This document shows, piece by piece, positions 52,721 to 64,000 of a stretch of 64,000 bases of DNA. Where the stretch lies: positions 1 to 64,000 of the forward strand of contig AP026153.1 in NCBI GenBank assembly GCA_030295235.1, read 5' to 3'. Below the pieces are notes generated by a model. The model saw only the letters and a list, made by a program, of their open reading frames with translations. It searched no databases and had not been told where the DNA came from. Origin of the DNA: Fistulifera solaris (taxonomy: Eukaryota). The translations under genes were made by a program, and so were the position numbers. The number at the start of each line of letters is the position of its first letter. The first letter of the stretch is position 1.

Positions 52721-53848
52721 TGTTGGTATGGACCCAAGGATTAAGAAGAACAAAAAGACATCCCTTTTAAATTTAAAAAATTTTCATATTAATTATCAAG
52801 GTGGGAGGTGGGAGTCGTCGTCGGATAGCAAGGTCGGTTTTGTCTAGAGACTCGTGACTGGCTGACCCAGAGAGGAGAAAAAATACGGTGTAAATAATTC
52901 GATCCCGGATTAACGAGTTTGAACGAAAATGAAAAGTCATTTGGCCTCTGGCATTAAAAGAAATAAGAGAAATGTCTGTTTCCTCTTGGGAATTGAAGAA
53001 TTCTTGGAAACTTTCTTAGGTCTTGGTTTGTTTCCCAGCAACTTGGCATTCTCCCAGTATGCCACCAATGACTCGGTGTTTTACAGCTGGCAGATTCTTT
53101 TGCAGCAAAGAAAGAGGGCATAATAAGTAAAGTAGATACGTGATACACGATTGATATTTATTTCGCACCCAAAAACTTTCCTCAAGTACAGAAGCATACA
53201 CAAAGAACATGATACTATTGATTTGGGACAGGTCATTGTGAAATTGTGAGCGACCAAACTTGTGACCTGTGCGCGTGATTGATGAAGATTTTTCGCGGCG
53301 CGTCAAAGGTCATCGGACTTTCGCCACCGGTCATTGAGAGTAAGTGCTGGGCGTATTGTGCTACTACAAACTACGAATACTCCGTTGTCCTCGGCGCACC
53401 TTCGACTTTCAGCATGCAAAAGGTTTTGAAAAGTCGGTCCGATGGGTTGTTGGCGTTCCGATACCTCTCATTCGATCCCATAAACACACATACAATCGCT
53501 GCAGAGACCGTCTTTCTTCTCTGAATCGTTTCAAGAAAGACCCAAAGCGTATTGCTTCGCATCAAATTGAGCTTTGGTTCGGGTTCAGCGAACATCCGAG
53601 TGCTGGACACCCATCGAGAGGCATTATACAACAAGTTCATTGACGCGATTTTACTCCAAACGTCTTGACAAACTGGCGCGAGAATCACAATCTCGGAACG
53701 CCGATTCATCTCTTTCATAAACGCAGTTTTCCAAGCTGTCATTATTTCATATTCCATTCTTCACTGAATGCGAATTCATAACATCAGTCCTTTTACAAGG
53801 CCCCTTCATAAAATCAATCGTCATAACCGACCAACCCTTATCGTAACA

Positions 53849-56800
53849 ATGATGAAAACAGGTAAGTCAACGAAGAGTTTCTGGTATTTCAACGAATTTC
53901 GCTCTCACAATGACAGTACTGCAGTCCTCTTGCTATTCTGGCTTCTTGCCGACCACACTGCTGAAGCGCAATTCCTTGCCAGATTGTTTCAAAGAAATCG
54001 AACGACGACTACAACCACTTCGTTTGCTTGCCAATTGAGTAAAACCGTGGCATTGACCACGTACAAAGAAACGACCGATTTGCGACTCGCCAACACCAAA
54101 GTCTCGGTCAATGAAGTCTGTGTGCTCTGGCGTGTTACTTCGTCGGGTGTCCGTGTGCCGGTGGCTCGTTCGTACAATGGCAACAACTGGGAAGCCCAAA
54201 GTGGACCGTATGCGCGACAAAAGTTCACGTGCAGCAGTGGGATTTGCACGACACGCTTGCCGGCCCGGACCGACACGCAACGTTACGAATTGGTGTCGTA
54301 CCAGCGTCGCGTCCTGAGCAAAGATGAAACGGCGGCGCGTTTCTTGGAACAGACCACCTTTGGACCTCGACTCAACGAAATTCGTGCCTTTCCGGATGTG
54401 ACGACTTTGACGTTCGCGCAGTGGATTTTGAATCAGGCCAATCTACCCATTACTTCGCATCGCGCGGAATTTCGAAAGCGCCTCAACCATCGTTTCCCCA
54501 CGACAGGAAACACCCGAGTCGGTCGTGTGACGCAGCCGTGCGAAGTCGGCACCCGTTATCGTCGAGCCGCTTTCAGTGACAAAGATCAGGGTGCCATTGT
54601 CGAAATTCGTACGTTATCATCGACGCAGAAAGCTTTATCGATTGACGGAAAGTTACGCACGGTAGTCAACGCGTCCCAGCTGTATTCCAATGCCGTGCAA
54701 GCAGGTCAACAACTAGCGGACGGAAAGTAAGTATACGTTTGTATCTCTTGTCTTTGAGCGGTTCGATTATTGTTAACTCATTATTTGAACATTACAGGTA
54801 TCAAGTCTGTGACAAAGTCCAAACGTGGATCGGAGGAAAGTTCCATTTGGTGCACAACGGTGTCTGCGGAAATCTATTCGCCGATAGCATCGCAGTGGGT
54901 AATCCAGCCGTTTCGCTCGACTCCGCTAGTGCATCGACAGCCACAATTCTGGATTTAAGCAACAAGGTCCGGGTGGTGGATACTCAGTATTATAACGCCG
55001 CGCAAGATCTTCTCGTCACAGCTCCTTTAAATTCATGTACGCAAGTGACTCAGGAGAGCCATGTGTTTGGATCGTACGACGGAAAATATTGGCTTCACGA
55101 TCCGCGCTTTGTGATCGACGAGAACACTGTCGAAAAGCCCAACCCCGAAGCCTGCACCTCCGCTCCGCCAACCTTTCTCAACGAAGACTCGTGCATCCTT
55201 GCTCAAACAACCCCTTGTGGCAGCTCATCGTCACCCACAACTGTTGACCTGGTATGTGGGAGTCCATTCGAAGTCGCGAACAACGCATCATTGGCAGGCT
55301 CTTTGATCGGGGGAGCGTTTGACGTTGTTACTTCCCAAAACAAGACCACGCCCGAAAACGAACTCATGGATCAGAACCTCATGATTTGGATGGATGTTGC
55401 GCTTTCAAGCAAAGACCAGTTGAGGCAGCGCATTGCTTGGGCATTAAGTCAAATTCTGGTCGTGTCTCCGTACGCTGTTGAGGCCTGGTATACCAATGAA
55501 GTGTTCCTCACGTACTACGACATCTTTGTGAGGCATGCGTTTGGGAATTACCGCGACATCCTCAAGGAAGTCTCATATTCTCCGGCAATGGCTCAAATGC
55601 TGAGCTACGACGGGAGCAAAAGCACAGCGCTCGTCTACTATCAAAGCAAGTTAATGGAGTACCCGGATGAAAACTTTTCTCGAGAGATACTTCAATTGAT
55701 GAGCATATCAGTAAATCAACTCAACCAGGATGGCACCCCTATACTGGATGCAAACAACCGCCCTGTATTGAGTTACACGAACGACGATATCATGGAGTAT
55801 GCCAGGATGTGGACTGGTTTCAAGCCACAGCCTCGTCGAAACAATATCGAAGACTTCCCGTCACCTTGGAGAGGCAGTCCCGTCGACCCTATGTTGATTG
55901 AAGCTGAAGCAAGAGACAGTTTGCCAAAGGTATGTTGATTGTGTGTCCAGTGCTGCTGTCATTCTTATGGTTACTTTGGGAACAAACATTTACTAACATT
56001 TTTCGTTTCATCCTCTTGCAGATGGGTCTGAACCGTGCATATATTGGAGACGGATACCCGTTGTGCTCTGACTTGCCTAGCCAGCACTTTCTCAAGCGTG
56101 GGGCAACCTACCGATTGTTGGGATCGAAGCCCAAGCCCCGTCTATTGAACGACCCTAAGAGCTGGACCGACTCGACGACGACGAAGCGACTTTCCTTAGA
56201 TACAACCTCCATTCTCTACCAAGCACTCTGCAAAGCGTCTGGTGGCGTATGCTCTTATCCTGCGAAAGTCGTCTTGCCGACAAACATTGCCTGCACTGGA
56301 GTCGAATGCGAGATCGACGAACCTCGTATCATAGAAGTTAGCGGCATGTACTACGAGTATGCGCGTTTGCCTTGTGTGCAACAAGCGTTTTTCAACAATC
56401 CGGCGATCATGGTTAATCAGTGGGGATGGACCGTTTGCGCAGATAGACGTACGGCTGCAGCATCCGTTGCTTGCTGTCCCACTAGTACTGGTAAAGCAAA
56501 CACCACACTAGTCAAGTTCGCCGGCGAGAAACTGACATTCGACAAGTCTATGGCGCGTTGCAAGGCGAGTGGCATGGTTACGTGTGATGTTGCCTGGTGG
56601 GACTGCAATGGCTGCAACACGCAGCTGGGACACTGGACCACGCAATCCTGCAATTTGGTAGTAAAGGTACATCGTGATGGAAAAATCGGAATCGTGCACG
56701 AAGCTCCGGAAAGTTGGCCGGGAGGAAGCAAGAATATGTATTACAATGTGAAAAGGGACACGAAGACATCATTCCGAGTCGATTGGCAAGGGCCGCTGAG

Positions 56801-59555
56801 TACGCTACTTGGTTCGTACAGCACTCAATGTGCTACCATGGGATGCAAAATGGATACAACCGAAAATGTTTGCCTCTGTCCTGTTGCTTCCGTCGCGGAT
56901 AGTCCAGTTTTCACCAGCGCTCCAACGGTGACTCAAGTCCTTCGCCAGTTACCCATCGGGTCCTTTTCTCCTGACATTCTAGCAGGAACTTATAGCGCAC
57001 GGGATCTTGGCAATGGTGTTCTTATGCACTCCACAGATGGTTTGTTTTCCGCAAGATCCGTTTTTCAGGTCAGAGACGCCAACGGAGTAACACACTTCCG
57101 AAAAAATATTAAGTCGACCGTGACAATTGGATCTGGAACGCTCTCGTTCCGTAACCCGCCTCATTTTGTATCGCTCGCTTTCCCCGAGGCCCGCGATGCT
57201 GCTTATGAGACAGACGCCGGACTGGATCACTACTTTGTAAGTCAAACAAATGTGTCGCATCGTAAAATCGTATCCTTTCACAAACTTATCATCCATCACT
57301 CACATGCCATGTTAACTGCTCGCAGTATCACCCGAACACTGCGCCTTTCCTGGCTTCGAGAATGCTGCAACGCTTTGGGGTATCCAATCCTTCTCCTCGA
57401 ATGATCTTAACGGCTGCGAATGCTTTCCGCACGGGAGTCTATGTAGCAGGTGGAGTAACTCTTGGTAGCCGAAAGTATGGTGACATGTTCGCCATGATGG
57501 CTGCCATTCTGCTCGATCGTGAGTCTCGTGCTCCGATTCTCGATGCAGACCCTGTGTCCGGGTCGCTCCAGGAACCATTCCTCCGCTACGTTCGCACCAT
57601 GAGATCGCTCGAGTTCAAGCCTTCTCCGGACGCTCCTTACATCCGCTTCAATACGTACTTTCCAAACACACTTGCGCAGCAGCCATATTTACAAACAAGT
57701 GTGTTCTCCTACTTCGCACCTGATTTCTCTCCGGCCGGACCCGTCGGAAACGCCGGTCTCTACTGCCCGGAGTGCGAGATCACTGACGGACCGAAAGCAA
57801 TCAACTTAATGAATGCGTTGAACAGTCTTCTGAAGTACGGATTGACGTCGTCCTACGGTGGATTCGGGCACGGACGAGGACTCACGCCGAGCAAGGGTAA
57901 CTACACGAACTCCTATGGTAACTTGGCTTTGCAGCTGAGTGACTCTTTGACGGCGACTCAAGTAGTGGACGAGCTTGCCTTGTTACTGACTGCCGGTAGA
58001 CTGAGTGCTCAAAAGCGTACCATGATGGTGAACGTCTTTAACTCGCAGGTTTCGAGAGCGCAAGGCATCATCACGGTCGAGCAAATGATGCTCACCACAC
58101 CCGAGTTTCATACAAATACGTTATCGCAAAACAACGCCGGCGCAGTCTCTCCGCCCCCGCTGCCGACACCCAACACCAAGCCGTACAAAGCAGTCATCTA
58201 TGTGATGCTCTCGGGTGGTGTCGACTCTTCTCAACATGTTGGTGCCTCAAGCTTGCACTGGAACAAACAGTGCTGGAGTCACTGTCGATCAGCAGTACAA
58301 TGCGGAGCGTGGAAGTTTGGCCATTCCCTCCGGCGAGCGGACGTTGCAAATTACTGCAACCGGTCAGCCGTGTTCGACGTTCGCTATCCACAAAGAACTG
58401 CCGCTATTCAAGTCGTTGTACGATGCCGGAGATTTGACCTTTCTCGCGAACATGGGAGTGCTGAACGATGTCACGGGAATCGACAAGGCGAACTACATGG
58501 CCAAGACGCGAGTTCAACTTTTGCGCACAACTGGATGACGCAGGAAGCCAAGACGATGGACCCCAAGGCCTCCAAGTTCGGCACCGGTGTCCTCGGAAGG
58601 TTGGGTTCCGTTTTGAAAGACAAGGGATATTCACCCAGCTCCATTTCCTTCGATAGCGGATCGGTGGCCAATTCTCCGGAGCGGAACAAGGCACCGAAAC
58701 CAGTCGTCGTGAGTCCCTACGGAGTGAGCAAGTTCGACGCCAAGCCGTGGGCCGATAAATTCGACTTGACGTCGTACGCTCGGCAGTTAAACGCCAAACC
58801 CAACTCCACCGATTCGTTGATTGGTCAAACGTGGTCGTCGCGCTTCATTGACGGAATCGATGAAGCTGAATTTTTCAAGAGCAAGATCGAACAGGCGCCG
58901 ATAGGAAGTCACTGGGGCTGGGATATGGGCAACCTTGGGTATCAATTCCGCATGCTTTCGAAGCTAATGAAAAGCCGCGACGTGAGGGGGAGTTGATCGT
59001 GATGTGTTTTACACGGAGTTTGGCGGCTGGGATCACCATAATGGACAAGTCTCTGGTTTGCAAAACAAATTCAGGGAATTGAATAAGTCACTCGACTTGC
59101 TCATCACAGAGTTGAAACTGCAAGGCGTCTGGAACGATGTAACAATCGTTATCGCCTCTGAGTTCGGGCGCACCCTTACCCCGAACTCCGGCGGTGGTTC
59201 CGATCACGCTTGGGGAGGGAATTACGCGATCATTGGAGGAGATGTCAAGGGAGGAAGAGTGTTAGGTCAATATCCTACCGACTTGACGGAAAAAGGACCT
59301 TTGAATGTCGGTCGAGGCCGTTTCATTCCGACGACCAGTTGGGACGCTGTATGGAATGGAATCGCGCAATGGATGGGAGTCGCCACAGAAACTGAGCTCG
59401 ATTATTGCTTGCCGAATCGAAAGGCGACTTCCGGAGTCAGCGGCTTTTCGAATCTCTTTTCTCGCAGCGATCTTTTCCAATCCGTTGCTCGCAAACGACA
59501 TTTGCGCGAACGAAAAGCCAGCATTGACGCAGGAGAGGTCGATGTTTATTCATAA
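53849..59555 (+). CDS. Secreted DUF1800-DUF1501 fusion protein, copy D (internal in-frame deletion)
   Basis: Spliced signal MMKTVLLLFWLLADHTAEAQ (intron 53862-53924). Other introns 54727-54797, 55930-56021, 57237-57325. All DUF1800/DUF1501 motifs present; lacks about 189 codons at 55251. 1-nt frameshifts near 58230, 58520 and 58988. Confidence 0.85.
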
Positions 59556-61172
59556 AATCATGTATCATTCATAAATAACAATGTATAAGAAAAGATTCAT
59601 AATTAATAGTCTGCTGTTGAGTACCGGTACCAGGTAAGGTTCTTTGCTTTTTTTTTTCTCTTCATGCGTGTCTGTCATTGTCGTTTGTCGTTTCCCTTTT
59701 TCGTCCTTTGCCAGCATTCCGTTGAGACCTCATCAACGGAAAATAGCATTATGTAAGTCAACCCTCTGCGACAAGATATCATTCTGTCGCAACTACAGCA
59801 CAGTTTCGATCGCTCTAATAACACTCATCTTGATTTATTAACATGAAAAAGCGAAAAGTGCGCAAAGCAAGCAGCAATGATTTTAGCAAAGGTTCCGCAT
59901 TGAGAAATATGATTTTTGTCGGCTAAGGAATGACGATGATAGGTACGAGCCAGTGAACGACTTCACTTCGTTTCGTGACTGAAATGCAGTCATGGATTTG
60001 TTCCATTATTATTTCTAATTTTCGGCCAAGTTCGGTTTGGTTGTTGATGCGGACAATCTAAAAATGATGTCAACAATGAATGCACACGAAAAACCACTAG
60101 TTGAAGAGATACAGTAATGGTTATCCTTTTGTAGGTAATTGAGGGTAATCGGGTGCTGAATTGTGAGCCACAAAGTGAGCCACGAGTTTAATCTATTTCG
60201 TGACTAAATGGAGGAGTAAGTCGTGCCATTAGTAACCTACACATAAGACTATAGTAAAGGGCAGATCCGGTTGACGGGAGGACGGCATCAAAAAGTAATG
60301 CGGTCGACGACGACGATGCGCTGCGTTGATCGTTGATGCGAGCACAAAAGAATGATCTCATTCTTCAATCATTCGAAGCTCTATGCAAGTGAACATTTTT
60401 TTTTCTTCTTTTGTTTGAATTTTGAAAGAGAGAGAATGAACGTATATTTTTATTGATGATGCGCAGGACCGCTGGATTAATTTGCGAAGAGGAGCCGCGT
60501 TCGTCGCTGCTTTGCCCGGTCCACGATGAACTACCGTATTACACTGTTTCTTACTCGAAAAGCAAACGGAAAGGTAAGTGACGCTGCATGCTTTGTCGTG
60601 CAAGTTTTGTCGCAAGGCGAAAAGAAGACGATGAGAGGAACAGAAGACGAGCAGTGGACTTTGAATTGCCCCTTCTCGAGGGCCTTGCTAACTACTATCG
60701 CCCAAGCTATCGCCCATTCGGGAGCGGTCCTGTGTTTCGGGCGATCCCATTTCGAGCAGTAGACACGTAAATGTTGATCACAATGGACCTGGTACCTGGT
60801 ACAATCTACGGATTACTCCGTAGAAGCGATCGTGTGAACTGGATTTCAGTCGCCGCTATGGAAGTTCTTTGAGAATTCTATTCCAGGAACTCATTTTCCG
60901 CAAGAGAAAGGGCATATGGAACCCTTTCTTGCCAGAGGAAGCAAATGCGTCACTGGGAGAAGAAAACTAGGGTGATCGAATCTGAATAATGAAATTTACA
61001 ATAGGGCTTAGCTTGACCAACACATATCGAGGGATAGTTCATTCTACTGCCATCGAACGGCTTTCACCGGGCCAAAAATGCCTCGAAAGCGACTCCGATT
61101 TCAAAAGATGGATCCTTCCTCTTCTTTCACAAAAAGTGTTCGATCGTTATTGCGATGATGATCATGAACAGG

Positions 61173-64000
61173 ATGAAAAAGGTGAGTCCTTTTGCGTGTT
61201 TCTGTTGTTCTATTTTCATTCCGTCTCACAACATCTATTTGCAGCTCTTTCGCTGTTGCTGCTGCTATTGATTGCCAGGGCGGACGCCCAGGTACCCGTG
61301 TTTTCTTGCCAGTTGAGTAAAACGGTTCCCTTGACCAACTATCGGGAAACGACGGAAGTGAAATTGGTCAACACCAAAGCATTGCCGTCGGAAGTCTGTG
61401 TGCTCTGGCGCATCACGTCGTCGGGGGCGCGGGTGCCGGTGGCTCGCTCGTACGATGGCAACAACTGGGAGGCGCACAGCGGAACTTACGCGAGACAGAA
61501 ATTCACGTGCGTGAGTGGCGTTTGCACCACAAAACTACCGGCCAAGACGGACACGCAGCGTTACGAGTTGGTTTCCTACCAGCGCAGGGCGCTCAGTAAA
61601 GATGAGATGGCGGCTCGTTTTTGGAGCAGACTACGTTTGGTCCTCGACTGGATGAGATTCGTGCCTTTCCGGATGCAACGACGCAGACGCTCGCTCGTTG
61701 GATTCAGAGTCAAGCGGCATTGCCGATCACTTCGCATCGCGCGGAGTTTCGTAAGCGTCTCAACCATCGCTTTCCCACTAGTGCGAAAACGACGGTCGGT
61801 CGAGTGACTCAGCCATGTGAAGTCGGTACCCGCTATCGTCGTGCCGCTTTTACCGATAAAGATGTGGGAGCTTTTGTGGAAGTCCGAACGGTGTCTTCAA
61901 CCCAGAAAGCACTTTCGATTGGAGGAAAGCTACGCACGGTGATCAATGCCAGTAAACTCTACGTCAACGCGGTCCAAACAAATCAGCAACTGGCGGATGG
62001 AAAGTAAGTAACAACACTGTGCTTGTTTCGTTCTCAACTCTATCGGTTTTTATTAACTACTTTTCGATGCAGATATCTCATTTGCGATCAGGTGGAAGCA
62101 CGGCTTGGTGGGCAGTTTCGTTTGAAGCACAATAACGTTTGTGGAAATTTCTTCGCTGACAGTCAAGTCGTGGGCAATCCTGCCATCAACTTGGACGCTT
62201 CCAGTGCAGCGACGGTCAAAATTTTCGATCTGAGCAACAAGGCGAAGGTGGTGGATATTCAGTACAATAAGGTGGCTCAGGATCTTCTTCTTACCGTCCC
62301 TTTGAGTCAATGCTCTCAAGTTCCTCAAGATGGACACGTGTTCGGCATCTTCGATGGCAAGTACTGGCTCCATGACCCGCGTTTCGTTGTCGACGAGAAC
62401 TCTCTGGAGAAACCAAACAACGAAATTTGCTCTTCGGCCCCTCCTACGTTTCTCAACGAAGCATCGTGCGTGATATCCCAAACGGCTCCGTGTGTGACCT
62501 CATCAGCACCCTTGAGCGTGTCGTCAACAGTTCAATTGACCATTGCCACGCTGCAACAAGCATACAAGGACACGGGCAAGCTGATGTATGCTGTGAATGG
62601 TCTGAGAGGCCCATGGGACCCTCCCTGTAAGGCTGGGACTACTTCTCGTTGGGTGGTGGTCAATGTGGATTGTACCGACACCACCATGAAGGATTCGACT
62701 CGTACATTCCTCCAGAATTTACTAGTAGAGGCCAAAACCACGCAAAGCAATCCGTACATGCTGGATGTCTTCATGCCTTTTGCTGGTTGTGACGCGACTG
62801 ACGCAAATGGGCTCTACTATAGGATTGCTGCCAACGGCAAATGCTATGAGAACGTTCACCCAAATCATTGGCAGGTTTTTGATTTTACTGCTTGGGCCGC
62901 CCAGCATCCTGGTGGGGCTCCAGCTATCGAGCAGTTTGCGCTGAGGGGTGAATTCGTTCTTAACTTTCCGGATTGGCACACTACGGATCGATGGACAACT
63001 TACTCGAAACAGTTGACGAGTATCGGACGTTTTGGTGACACTGTTCCTGCTATCGGAGATCCACAACCCGGTCCTATCGAGGGAGGGGTCTCTCTGGTTT
63101 GTGGAAGTCCGTTCGAAGTCGCAAACAATGCATCCTTGGCCGGTTCGTTGCTAGCAGGTGCTTTCGACATTGTCACTTCTGAGAGCAAAACGACACCGGA
63201 ATCAAGATTGATGGAACAGAATCTGATGATCTGGATGGATGTTGCGTTGAATAGTAAGGACCAACTGAGGCAACGAATTGCGTGGGCATTGAGTCAGATT
63301 CTAGTTGTGGCCCCATACGCCCTTGAGTCGTGGTACACCAACGAAGTGTTTCTGACATACTATGACATCTTTGTAAGGCACGCCTTCGGAAACTATCGCG
63401 ACATCCTCAAAGAAGTGTCTTACTCTCCAGCGATGGCCGAGATGCTGAGCTATCTCAATAGCGAAAGGTAAATGCTAGTTGCCAACTCGTTCTTTTCGCA
63501 TTGACTAAGAACTCACAAACCCTTAGCACCGCAATTGTCTTCGACATAAAGAAGCAACTCCAATTTGCTGATGAAAACTTTTCTCGCGAGTTAATGCAGT
63601 TGTTTAGCGTAGGCCTTTATCAGTTGAATCAAGACGGGTCGCTGCTGTTAAATAGAAACAACCTCCCCGTGCTGACTTATACGAACGATGACATCATGGA
63701 GTATGCTAGGATGTGGACCGGTTTCAAGCAACAGCCTCGTCGAAACAATGTCGAAGATTTCCCCTCGCCTTGGACTGGAAGTCTTGTCGACCCTATGATG
63801 ATTCGAGTCGAAGCAAGAGACAGTTTGCCAAAGGTGAGTTGATGGCTTCTTCTGCTTTTCTTAAAATACGCTTGGCGAAAACTTATTATACTACCTCTTT
63901 CTGTTCAGATGGGTCTGAATCGTGCGTACGTCGGAGATGGATACCCCTTGTGCTCCGACTTGCCAAGCCAGCACTTTTTGAAGCGTGGAGCAACCTACCG
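61173..64000 (+). CDS. Secreted DUF1800(-DUF1501) fusion protein, copy E (runs off the window)
   Basis: Signal ...ALSLLLLLLIARADAQ. Introns 61182-61244, 62004-62072, 63468-63526, 63834-63908. DUF1800 motifs and HPGG module present; 3' part lies outside the window. Confidence 0.8.

Noticed and set aside
53344..53757. ORFs upstream of copy D (53371-53757 minus, 53344-53643 plus) and ORFs at 36524-36836
   Set aside because: No recognisable motifs and no convincing similarity to each other; probably non-coding or too decayed to call.
1989..61625. Numerous +/-1 frameshifts suggesting mass pseudogenisation or programmed frameshifting
   Set aside because: Nearly all fall in homopolymer runs, differ between paralogues and also hit the conserved FPPS gene, so sequencing or assembly indels are the simplest explanation. 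Read polishing would settle it.

Overview
Eukaryotic chromosome end: a (CCCTAA)n telomere at 1-312 followed by about 64 kb of subtelomere. Short GT-AG introns and the gene content suggest a diatom, probably a pennate such as Fistulifera (inference). Contents: (1) a farnesyl-diphosphate synthase gene; (2) five copies (A-E, the last truncated by the window edge) of a ~6-kb intron-containing gene for a secreted protein that fuses the normally separate bacterial gene pair DUF1800 and DUF1501, with large Cys-rich inserts. Four copies carry a cytochrome-b5-like HPGG-x20-H motif, and that module is cleanly missing from copy D; (3) seven tandem paralogues of a small secreted Cys-rich repeat protein sharing upstream motifs; (4) a 1.4-kb non-autonomous hAT-like transposon (18-bp TIRs, 8-bp TSD); (5) two decayed paralogues of an unknown, possibly LRR-like family; (6) a secreted Pro-rich protein with an RXL motif and a five-lysine cluster, a biosilica-protein candidate, plus a 3' duplicate fragment; (7) dispersed CAGA(W)nCTG repeat arrays. 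Most frameshifts are +/-1 changes in homopolymer runs and are probably assembly errors. All domain calls come from motif recognition by eye; no database searches were run.
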